From NCBI GenBank assembly GCA_002269645.1, contig NIVC01000301.1:542460-606459 (forward strand): a DNA stretch of 64,000 bases. The letters run 5' to 3'. This DNA is from Macrostomum lignano (Eukaryota). The position numbers and the translations under genes were made by a program. Position 1 is the first letter of the stretch. Each line of letters starts with the position of its first letter. Below, piece by piece: positions 12,347 through 23,081 of this stretch. The notes below the pieces were generated by a model, which saw only the letters and a program-made list of their open reading frames with translations, made no database searches and was not told the DNA's origin.

Positions 12347-13069
12347 CTAGCGGGTGGCGACCTCGGCCTGGTGCACAGTCAGGAGGAACCGGAAGTCATC
12401 GCCGGGCGGTGGCCGGTGCGCCAGCAGCCCCGTCAGCAGCACCAGGAACTCCTCCTGCGGCTCGGCGCTAAGCAACTGCGCCGGCTCAACCTCCGGCGGC
12501 GGCGGCGGGGGTGGCGCCACCTCGACCGCGGGCTCCGGCGACGGCGGCGCCTCGTCCTCAGTGGACGGCTCCTCCTCCTCGGAGGTGGCCTTGCCGCAGG
12601 AGCTCTTGGCAGCTGCCCGCTTCTTCCTCGGTGCTGTGGGCCCGGACACCGACGGCGGCTCGGTCTCCGGATCGGCGTGCTCAAACTCCAGCGCTGCCGC
12701 CGAGACGTCCGCAGTCGGCGAAGTCAGCGGCGTGACGGTCTCGACGTCCTGCGGCGCCGGTGGGGCCTGCCGGTCGGCGATGGTCAGGAGGAAGCGGAAG
12801 TCGCCCGCATTGTCGGCGTCGGCCTCGGGGACGGCGCGGCCGGACTGGCGCGCTTCGAACTCGGCGTTGTGCCGGCTGGTCGGGAAGCTGGCGGCTGAGC
12901 TGTTGGCCAGGCTGTCCACGGCGTCAGTCGTGTCGTCCTCGTCGTCCTCGGAGCCGCGCTGGCAGGCAATGGGCCGTCGCCGGTCGCAGCCGCCGCCACC
13001 ACCGCCGCTGCTGCCGCCGCCGCCGCCGCTGCCGCGGGTGCATCGGAAGCTCTTTGAGAAAACCGGCAT
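12347..13069 (-). CDS. Uncharacterised 240-aa acidic Pro/Ala/Glu-rich protein with a duplicated DFRFLLT(I/V) motif
   Basis: GC-rich open frame with GC3-biased codons like neighbouring genes; tttag acceptor-like site just upstream of the ATG; no domain recognised. Confidence 0.55.
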   Translation of the reverse strand: MPVFSKSFRCTRGSGGGGGSSGGGGGGCDRRRPIACQRGSEDDEDDTTDAVDSLANSSAASFPTSRHNAEFEARQSGRAVPEADADNAGDFRFLLTIADRQAPPAPQDVETVTPLTSPTADVSAAALEFEHADPETEPPSVSGPTAPRKKRAAAKSSCGKATSEEEEPSTEDEAPPSPEPAVEVAPPPPPPPEVEPAQLLSAEPQEEFLVLLTGLLAHRPPPGDDFRFLLTVHQAEVATR

Positions 13070-13727
13070 GGCCGCTCGGGTTCTAAACTGGCGTCGGGGA
13101 GGTCAAAAAGTCACCTGGCAGGGGGACGGCAGCTCTGAGCGGGTGCCACTGCATCTGGTCTGCAGATGCTCATTCCATGTCTATGGCACATGCTGCGGTG
13201 AAGCTGGAGTTCTAAAAATAGCATCTGGAGTGAGAGCACTACGATCATGGATGAATAAAAATGACTACGATGGGCCACTTCCTTAGTTAATGTCACAATT
13301 GCTCACAGATGTCATAAAACCCTCGATACGGTAGCGTTCAAATAAAGCGATTTGCGAGCAAAAAATAGCAAACGTTTCCGAATTCTCTGAGCACTTCACG
13401 AGTCTACAGTATTGTTTTCAGATGCCCCATAGACGGCCCTGACCACCGCAGTATATTTCGGCGGAAAAGTTGATTTACAGTCAAAGCTGCTGCGCATGGC
13501 CAATTCATTTTCAGACAGAAGATCATAAACTGATCAGAATACTGAGCCGGGGTAGTGGATCAAGGTGCAATGCTTTTTCTGATATTTACGGAATAACAAC
13601 AAGCATAATTGAGTACGCAACGTATAATGCAGAAGATTAAATACCTTACGTAAAATTTACATTGCAGGACACGTTAAATTTAATAGTGATACTTCTATCG
13701 GCACTGTGCTAGCTTAATTAAATGGGC

Positions 13728-14850
13728 TGGTCTCCCGTATCCAAGGAAACAAACGGTTGTTATGTGGCTACAACTGCCGAGGTCTCCCGTATCCAGGAAA
13801 CAAACGGTTGCTATGTGGCTACAACTGCCGAGGTCTCCCGTATCCAAGGAAACAAACGGTTGCTATGTGGCTACAACTGCCGAGGTCTCCCGTATCCAGG
13901 AAACAACCGGTTGCTATGTGGCTACAACTGCCGAGGTCTCCCGTATCCAGGAAACAAACGGTTGTTATGTGGCTACAACTGCCGAGGTCTCCCGTATCCA
14001 GGAAACAAACGGTTGCTATGTGGCTACAACTGCCGAGGTCTCCCGTATCCAAGGAAACAAACGGTTGCTATGTGGCTACAACTGCCGAGGTCTCCCGTAT
14101 CCAGGAAACAACCGGTTGCTATGTGGCTACAACTGCCGAGGTCTCCCGTATCCAAGGAAACAACCGGTTGCTATTTGGCTACAACTGCCGAGGTCTCCCG
14201 TATCCAAAGTAACAACCGGTTGCTATGTGACTACAACTGCCGAGGTCTCCCGTATCCAAGGACACAACCGGTCGCTATGTAACGACAACTGCCGAGGTCT
14301 ATCGTATCCAAGGAAACAACCGGTTGCTATGTGGCTACAACTGCCGAGGTCTCCCGTATCCAAGGAAACAACCGGTTGCTATGTGGCTACAACTGCCGAG
14401 GTCTCCCGTATCCAAAGTAACAACCGGTTGCTATGTGGCTACAACTGCCGAGGTCTCCCGTATCCAAGGAAACAACCGGTTGCTATGTGGCTACAACTGC
14501 CAAGGTCTCCCGTATCCAAGGACACAACCGGTCGCTATGTGGCTACAACTGCCGAGGCCTACCGTATCCAAGGAAACAACCGGTTGCTATGTGGCTACAA
14601 CTGCCGAGGTCTCCCGTATCCAAGGAAACAACCGGTTGCTATGTGGCTACAACTGCCGAGGTCTCCCGCATCCAAAGTAACAACCGGTTGCTATGTGGCT
14701 ACAACTGCCCAGGTCTCCCGTATCCGAGGAAACAACCGGTTGCTACGTGGCTACAACTGCCGAGGTCTCCCGTATCTGAGGAAACAACCGGTTGCTATGT
14801 GACTACAACTGCCGAGGTCTCCCGTATCCAAAGTAACAACCGGTTGCTAT
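13728..14850. repeat. Minisatellite, 50-51 bp (ggtctcccgtatccaaggaaacaaccggttgctatgtggctacaactgccga), ~22 copies, abutting the stop of the TSP1 gene
   Basis: Tandem units read directly. Confidence 0.95.
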
Positions 14851-14859
14851 GCAGTTCTA

Positions 14860-15594
14860 TCAGGCCCGGGCATCATCCAGGCCGCCAGCGCTGCCGGAGT
14901 GCAGGGGGCTGCGGTCGTACTGCTCGAACCGAACTCGCGGCGCCGGCTCTGCAACTGCCGGCTTCAGCGGCTGCTGCGTAGGCGGCGCCTGCGGGTGCAG
15001 CGGCTCCGCTGCAACTTCGCGAAGGCCGGCACCTTCACGCCGTTGCCGGTGCCGGATGTAGCAGAGGAAGGCGGCGATGGGGCCGGCGGCCAGGCAGGTG
15101 CCGCCGAGGAACACCGCCAGCATGCGGCCTGTCTCGGCGTTGAAGACCCTCGAGCAGGCGGCCACCTCCTCCGCGCCGCTCTCCGGGCAGCCCGCCCGCT
15201 CCTCGTCTAGCTCCTCTGGCCGAAGGAACGGCGCCGGACAGCCGCAGCTGCGCCGACGGCGCGTCTCCGCGATGCGGATGCCGCAGGCGCTCCAGTCGGA
15301 CCAGGGGCACCACCGGCCGTAGACGGCAGCCTCGGTGCAGGGCTCCGGGCAGGGGCCGCCCGAGCCCGCGGGGTGGCGGGTGGCCTGGCTGATGGCCTTC
15401 CACAGGCAGCAGGTGCAGAATCGGGCGTCGGAGACCCGGCAGCTGCCGTTGACGGTGGCGCAGGCCATGAGCCGCCAGCTGCAAGTGTAGTCCTCCCCGA
15501 CAGGCCGCATCCGGGGCACCATGGCGACCGCGGCTGCCGCTGCCAGCAGGAGGCCCGCCGCGGTGAGCAGCGGGCAGCGGCAGCTCGCAGACAT
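14860..15594 (-). CDS. Type-I membrane protein, 244 aa: signal peptide, Cys-rich segment, one thrombospondin type-1-like repeat, TM helix, Pro-rich tail
   Basis: MSASCRCPLLTAAGLLLAAAAAVA signal; WCPWSDWSACG...RRRRSCGC TSR signature; MLAVFLGGTCLAAGPIAAFLCYI followed by the RHRQRR stop-transfer cluster. Confidence 0.72.
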   Translation of the reverse strand: MSASCRCPLLTAAGLLLAAAAAVAMVPRMRPVGEDYTCSWRLMACATVNGSCRVSDARFCTCCLWKAISQATRHPAGSGGPCPEPCTEAAVYGRWCPWSDWSACGIRIAETRRRRSCGCPAPFLRPEELDEERAGCPESGAEEVAACSRVFNAETGRMLAVFLGGTCLAAGPIAAFLCYIRHRQRREGAGLREVAAEPLHPQAPPTQQPLKPAVAEPAPRVRFEQYDRSPLHSGSAGGLDDARA

Positions 15595-16244
15595 GAGCAG
15601 GGGGATTTGGGATTGCGGTAGCGCAGGAGGGGAGAACCAAGGCTCCGTGACAGCCCCGCGGATTGCAACGGGAGAGACGAAAGTGAGGAATAAGAGAAAA
15701 ATCCTTTCTAGGAGAGAGGGGAAAGGAATCCCAACAGACAGGCCTGTCCGCCCAGCCCTGCAGCACTGTACAACAGCGAGCCCACGCCCTGCAGTGCACG
15801 GCTGCCGCTGTACTCCGAATCCCGTCCACCCCCTCCCAGATCCCAGCGCACTTACGCACGTGGACTGCTCGGGGCCGACACCCCAGCCAGCACTGCACAG
15901 CCAGCATGCTGTACATCTTAAGACTGAAAGCTTGAAGAGTTTAAATATGCAGCGATAGACCCTCATATAATGACATACACCTCAGCATTCCCAGCTCTGC
16001 GTTACAAGAAATTTAAGCTGTAACCACAATCTGTAACTGTAAACACAATCTGTAATCGCAATGCAAAATCAGAGCACTTGACGTTGACAATAAATAAAAA
16101 GGCAGCAGAAAAAGCAGAGTTCATCTCCTCCAATATCTTCGGTGGCAGCTTCACCAGAGCGTAAAGTGGCCTCTGGCAGGCTGAGGAGCTCGAAAGCCCA
16201 AATAAAAAATTATTCATTATATAGGGAAGAAACCCAAAGTTGGA

Positions 16245-16341
16245 CAGACCGACAGGCAGACACTAAGACATATAGACACTCAGACAGACACTCAGACAGA
16301 CAGACAGACAGACAGACAGACACACAGACAGACAGACACTA

Positions 16342-16390
<49 letters not shown>

Positions 16391-16409
16391 CTAAGACAGA
16401 CAGACACTA

Positions 16410-16442
<33 letters not shown>

Positions 16443-16445
16443 CTA

Positions 16446-16498
<53 letters not shown>

Positions 16499-16501
16499 CT
16501 A

Positions 16502-16542
<41 letters not shown>

Positions 16543-16687
16543 CACAGACACACAGACAGACACTTTAGACAGACACTCAGAAAGACAGACAGACAGACAC
16601 ACAGACAGACAGACAGACACTTTAGACAGACACTCAGAAAGACAGACAGACAGACACACAGACAGACACTTAGACAGACACTCAGAA

Positions 16688-16726
<39 letters not shown>

Positions 16727-16730
16727 TACA
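16245..16730. repeat. Imperfect (GACA)n microsatellite
   Basis: Read directly. Confidence 0.97.
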
Positions 16731-17369
16731 GTATGTATATTTTTGCCAGCAGAGCACTGTTGGCAATGCATAAAAGTATGTCAATAAATTCGATATAGCT
16801 CATGTTTGTGATACTTACTACTGACAATTAACAGAGTGATCAGTAGTATCATGAGGAAAAAAGCATTAATAATAAAGATTTGCTGATTTAGAATAAAAGC
16901 AGCAGCTGACTGGGCCGGGGCCGCCGCACGGAATTTCCCGCCGAAAAAAGCACTGTAAAGCGTAGACTGAACCGGAGGCATTGGGCAGAGTTCCCAACGG
17001 CTCAACGATAGAAGACAAGCATCAATGATGAAGGTAAAAAAAGATGCAGATAAAAAATGAAACCAGACGCAATCCGGATCACAAAATCAATACTATCGAG
17101 GTGATTCAGGCGCTGGTGCATAAAATATGGGTGCGTCGCTCTAACTGCCCTACTGTGAGTAGGCAAATTTGCTTTCTTATAAGCAACAATAAAAAATTGA
17201 GTGCTAAAATTCGAATAAAATAGAAATGTATGGGATGGAACAGAGCTGAGTCCGTTTAAATAATGCGTGCAAGCAGGTAGATTTGTATGAGGGAAGCTGA
17301 ACCGTGATGCCAAACACTTCCAGAATGAATTTTATCAACTTGATAAAATTGATTGATGATGAATCTGTC

Positions 17370-18140
17370 GAGCATATGACCAATCTGTAGAGTCTATGAC
17401 CAGTTGGAAGAGTCTATGACCAATTTGAAGAGTCTATGACCAATTTGAAGAGTCTATAACCAATTTGTTGAGTCTATGACCAATTTGTAGAGTCTATGAC
17501 CAATTTGAAGCGTCTATGACGAATTTGAAGAGTCTATGACCGATTTGAAGAGTCTATGACCAATTTGAAGAGTCTATGACCAATTTGAAGAGTCTATGAC
17601 CAATTTGTTGAGTTTATGACCAATTTGTTGAGTCTATGACCAATTTGTAGAGTCTATGACCAATTTGAAGCGTCTATGACGAATTTGAAGAGTCTATGAC
17701 CGATTTGAAGAGTCTATGACCAATTTGAAGAGTCTATGACCAATTTGAAGAGTCTATGACCAATTTGTTGAGTTTATGACCTATTTGTAGAGCCTATAAC
17801 CAATTTATTGAGTCTATGACCAATTTGTAGAGTCTATGACCAATTTATCGAGCCTAGAACCAACTTTCGATTCTATGACCAATTTTTCGAGTCTATGAAC
17901 AAGTTTTAGAGTCTATGACCAACTTTTAGAGTGTATGACCTATTCGTAGAGTCTATGACCTATTCTTAGAGTCTGTGACCTATTTGTAGAGTCTATGACC
18001 TATTCGTAGAGTCTATGACCTATTCGTAGAGTCTATGACCTATTCGTAGAGTCTATGACCTATTTGTAGAGTCTATGACCTATTCGTCGAGTCTATGACC
18101 TATTCATAGAGTCTATGACCCATTCGTAGAGTCTATGACT
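17370..18140. repeat. Minisatellite, 21 bp (gagtctatgaccaatttgtag), ~36 copies, starting at the PAK stop codon
   Basis: Tandem units; sequence drifts gradually along the array. Confidence 0.93.
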
Positions 18141-18141
18141 G

Positions 18142-21132
18142 TCACGACCGCCCCTTGGCAGCCACTATGAGCGGCACCAGGCAGGCCACGGGCGGCGCCT
18201 CAGCAACCAGCGGGTGGCGAAGGAGGTCCCCGGCGCTGGGCCTCAACTCAGCGTCCACCTCCAGACAGGAGTCGGTGAACTCGGACAGCCGGCCGGACAC
18301 TCGGTGGCGATCGCGGGCCAGAGGCCGGCCATTGGCCGCAATGAGGTAGAGGGCCCGCAAAGGGTTCTCGTTGAGGTAGGGCGGCTCGCCGTCCACCATC
18401 TCGATGGCCATGATGCCGAGCGCCCAGATGTCCACCTTGGGCCCGTAGGACTTGCGGGTGACCAGCTCCGGCGCCATCCAGTAGGGCGTGCCGACCATCG
18501 TGTGCCGCTGCCCGCTGCCGCCGCTTTCCAGCTGGGCGCAGAAACCGAAGTCCGTCAGCTTCACGGAGCCGTCCACGCCTGTGGAGGGGAGGGGAGAGGG
18601 GGAGATTCGTTGAGAGTCTACACTGAGACTGAGGAGAGATAGGCAACCCTACCGAAGGGTAGATAGGCAACCCCACTGAAGAGGAGATAGGCAACCCCAC
18701 TGAAGGGGAGATAGGCAACCCCACTGAAGGGGAGATAGGCAACCCCACCGAAGGGGAGATAGGCAACCCCACTGAAGGGGAGATAGGCAACCCCACTGAA
18801 GGGGAGATAGGCAACCACACTGAAGAGGAGATAGGCAACCCCACTGAAGAGGAGATAGGCAACCCCACTGAAGGGGAGATAGGCAACCCCACTGAAGAGG
18901 AGATACGCAACTCCACTCAAAGGGAGATTGGCAACCCCACTGAAGAGGAGATAGGCAACCCCACTCAAAGGGAGATTGGCAACCCCACTGAAGGGGAGAT
19001 AGGCAACCCCACTCAAGGGGAGATAGGCAACCCCACTGAAGGGGAGATAGGCAACCCCACTGAAGGGGAGATAGGCAACCCCACTGAAGGGGAGATAGGC
19101 AACCCCACTCAAGGGGAGATAGGCAACCCCACTGAAGGGGAGATAGGCAACCCCACTCAAGGGGAGATAGGCAACCCCACTGAAGGGGAGATAGGCAACC
19201 CCACTGAAGGGGAGATAGGCAACCCCACTGAAGGGGAGATAGGCAACCCCACTCAAGGGGAGATAGGCAACCCCACTGAAGGGGAGATAGGCAACCCCAC
19301 TGAAGGGGAGATAGGCACTCCTACTGAGAAGCCTTGTTCACTGAAGCAAAGCAGAAAATGACACCCGGATCAGCTGGAATTCGTTCAGCACCGAGAGGCC
19401 GACCTCCACAGTAATTGAGGCGGGCATTCGGGAGGCTGATGAGCCCCGAGGCAAAGGACGCAGGGGAGCAGAAAGCGGAGACTCTCTGTGCCGGGAATGG
19501 CGGCCGGGGTTCGCGCGCCTTCGGGCTGGGAATTCAGACTGATTTGCCGGCTGACGAGGATGGGAAATGGAATCGAGGGTCGAGGGGAGGCGAGTAAAGG
19601 CTAGAGGGAAATTTATCCCCTTGAACACAAAGAGCAAAACTTTTCGCAAATCAGTTGGGCTCAAAGCGAAGCGAAGTTGCAGTTCTTTTAAAGGTCCCGG
19701 GTTTGATTCCTCCTAATCAACTTCGCGGTTTACGAATATGATGCTAGCCTGGGCTCGCTTCCTGTACTTATCTAAGCGCGAATGCACAAGACAAACAGGT
19801 CGAGTTCACAAGCACGCGCACAGGCGTATACTCACGCTTGAGCACAGGCACACTTAAGAAGTTGGCCCTCAAGAACATTAATTGCACGAGCAGAGCCAAG
19901 CCGAGATTCCAATTAAGCCTCGGCAAGCTACGCCGAGCTTGTGAAAGCGAGTCACAAAGTTTTAAATAAAAAGTTATGAATTATAAGCCTAAAATCTAAA
20001 GTTTGTGAAATTTCGATCTTAACGAGATGCCCCCCGACGGCCACCCACCCAGCAGCACGTTGTCGCTCTTGATGTCCCGGTGAATGACCCGATTCTCGTG
20101 CAGGAAGTGCAGCGCGCCGAGCACCTCCCGGCAGACGGCGCCAATCTGGTCCTCGTCCATGCAGGTCTCCGTCACCACGTCCGTGAGGGAGCCGCCGCCC
20201 AGGTACTCCATCACCACCCAGAGCTCGTCGCCAACCAGGAAGCTGTCCAAGAAGTTGACGATGTTGGCGTGCCGGGTCTCCTTCATCACGACTATCTCGT
20301 TGACGATGAGCTCCTTCTTGGGCTGCTTGGCGATCAGCATCTGCTTGATGGCCACCTGACTGCCGGTGCGCAGGTCGCGGCCCGCGTGCACCACGCCTGA
20401 GGCGCCGTGGCCGATCTGTTCGAGCCGCTCGAATCGGCCGGCCGGCTGGCCACCGGACACCACCGAGCGCAGCCTCTCCAGCACCTCGGCATCCGTGGCC
20501 GTCTTCCGCCTGCGCTGCTGCTGCCGAATTGCCGGCGGGGCTTCCGGCGCCGGCGCCACTCGGTCGCCCTTGGCAACGCCGCCGGGCGACTGCGGCCGAG
20601 GCAGCAGAGGCGCCGGCTGTGGCGGCGGCGGCGGCGGCGGCGGCGCGGGCGGAGGTGGCCGAGGCCGGAGAAACTTGTCCGAGCAGCCGGCGGCCGGCTT
20701 GGCGTCAAGGAAGCGCAGCGCCTCGATGAGGGCCTGCGGGTTTTGCTGCTGCTCCTGGCGGGTGATGTTGGCGGCACTGAGCAGGCGGGCCCACTGCTCC
20801 GGCATGCCGCGGAACTCGCGCCTGTCATGGTCGAAGGTCACGTGCATCGTGTGCTTAAAGTTCCTCGGGCTGGAGATGCTCGGCTTGTCTGTCGGCGACA
20901 GGCCCGAATCTGCTGCGGCCGGCGGCGGCTGAGGCGGCGGCGACTTTTTCTTCTGTCGCCGGCGGCCAGTTGGGGCGGGCGGATTCGGCAGCGGCTTGTC
21001 GGGCGGCCGGAGCGGCGGCTGCGCGCGGGCCACGTCGCCGCCAAAGCTGGCCATCCGTAGCGGCGGTGCTGGCGGCCTCTCGTCATCCTCGGCTGTTGGA
21101 GGCGGCGAATTCGCGGTAGCAGCGCTGGCCAT
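18142..21132 (-). CDS. PAK1: Group-I p21-activated kinase, 506 aa; exons 21132-20049 and 18578-18142
   Basis: PPAPPLR SH3-binding motif; [20 protein letters not shown]; kinase motifs [23 protein letters not shown]|[22 protein letters not shown]; C-terminal LVPLIVAAK. Phase-1 intron G|gtgggt...ccacag|GC joins in frame. Symbol denotes the family (PAK1/2/3). Confidence 0.95.
18620..19320. repeat. Minisatellite, 24 bp (gggagataggcaaccccactgaag), ~29 copies, in the PAK intron just upstream of its 3' splice site
   Basis: Tandem units read directly. Confidence 0.95.
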
Positions 21133-23081
21133 TTGCTGAAATACTGCTGATTGTAGCATTTACATATATAAGGTACATAGAAAATCAATCAGCATATACA
21201 AAAATGGCAATTAGGTTTAAGCCCAAGCCAAAAATAACAAAACTTTGTCTTTACAATATACTTATTATGGGATACAAGGGCTATAATAATAATTACTTTA
21301 TATAAATTCCTTTACAATAGACAGAGCTAATCATACTATAAGTCTCCAACACTATTATGTTGCAAATGCTTTTTAGATATACTATGCATATTCTTTTAGG
21401 AATAATATCGAAAATATGATTAGAATGCATGGAAATCTCAAATCCAATTTGCAACAAAAATTATAAATTTTAAAGCTTTTAAAGCTTTGCCTCTTTTATG
21501 CATATATGTACAATTCAATGATATAATGCTATTGTATGCTATATTAATATAGACCCCTATACTAAATCATTACGTTTTTAGTATTTCCTTTTAGTGCACA
21601 TACTTTACTTATTATATTGATAATATATAGACCCAATCTTTCTTAAGTTTTTAAAGATTATTTCTTGTATAAGACACCTTGTTTATCTAGACTTTCAGAA
21701 TATGAAAGAATGTAATTACTAATAATTTAGAAAATTTAAATTCAAATTGATGAAAGTGTCAATCTGCTAAATTTATAAATAGATCAGAATGACAGAATCT
21801 ACTTATTTCCTGCATTTATTTATCAAATGCAGGAATTAATCCAATACCATTAGCTTTGATTGCCTCAGTGAGCCAATGACGTATGGGCTGTATGCCCAGA
21901 AAGGCTTAGACTATATGTCCAAATTCGTTATAGACTTTTTGACTCCCAGGACTTTACCACTGATATTATTGATAATGATATATGATCTATGTCTTAGAAT
22001 CCAGTAATTTTGAAATAAAACCGAAACATCTTCGCCTAAAATAGTAGTCGCTATTTTAAAAACATTGACTTTTGTGTGTAACTTTTTGCGGAAATACACT
22101 TTTTCACGGTAAGTTTTTTTACTGTTTATGGGAAGTGTATATTTTTCTTTTGTTTGTTAAGGCTTGTGCAACGATCTATACACATTTTAAAAAGTACACG
22201 ATACCGTATTATGAATTGTACGCCTGGGCAATTTATCCACTCGGTACCGTGAGAATAACTTTTAAAGTTTTAACTTATTGGCACGGTACGCTACAAAGAT
22301 ATATTATGCAGCAAGTGTTGCGCTACATAAATTTTTTAGAAAGATGCTTTTGATTTTTTAATAGACCTAGGGCAATGCGCATGCATGCAATGCAGGAATG
22401 CAGGATGCAATGCAACCGCCTAAAGGTGGAGGACTGGGGAGTAGTATGGCTTAGTCTTAGGCCTAGCTATGTGGAGCTCTATTATATCGATAAAGCCAAG
22501 GTCATGATGGACTTTTTTAATGGCTCTATATATTTATATTTTAAATAGTATCTAGCTAGACCTAGTGCTTGATAAGTTGATATAGTAAAATAGATAGAAT
22601 TTAGATAGAATTTTTTATTTATTAAATTCTATATCCTTTCAATATAGTCATAAAACATAGAATGATCTTAGATCTACTAAAATATGTCATTTAAAATCAC
22701 TTTTACTGGTTCTTTAACTTTGAATACATGCTTATACCATATCAATTTTGGTATTTATGGCTTTTCCTAATTTGCAAATTAGGAAAAGACTTGTATATCC
22801 TTGTAAGCTTTGCAATATTTCTAGATCTAATAGTAGCAAAAGTGATGACTAGATTGATAATAGTTAGCTTTTTCTTAATTCATTTAATTGGAGCTAAGTT
22901 GCTTTTATACAAAAATTAATAGGCAATCTTACACTTCTGTTCAGTAAATTATTTTGACACTGAATTTTGAACAGGCATGTTAAATAATAATGTAACCAAC
23001 ACAAAACTGAAACAGTGGAACATGGTAGCAGTCTGTTAGAGCGCATAGTCACTTAGAGTGTGTCTGCAGGTCATTAAGGTG

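Noticed and set aside
11574-14850. 49-bp and 50-bp arrays as CRISPR
   Set aside because: Head-to-tail units without unique spacers, no cas genes, eukaryotic context
16339-16827. Apparent hydrophobic Cys/Leu/Ser/Val membrane protein
   Set aside because: Translation of the (GACA)n microsatellite
19338-19664. GC-rich patch in the PAK intron as an extra exon
   Set aside because: The flanking PAK exons already join to give a complete kinase domain; no recognisable product
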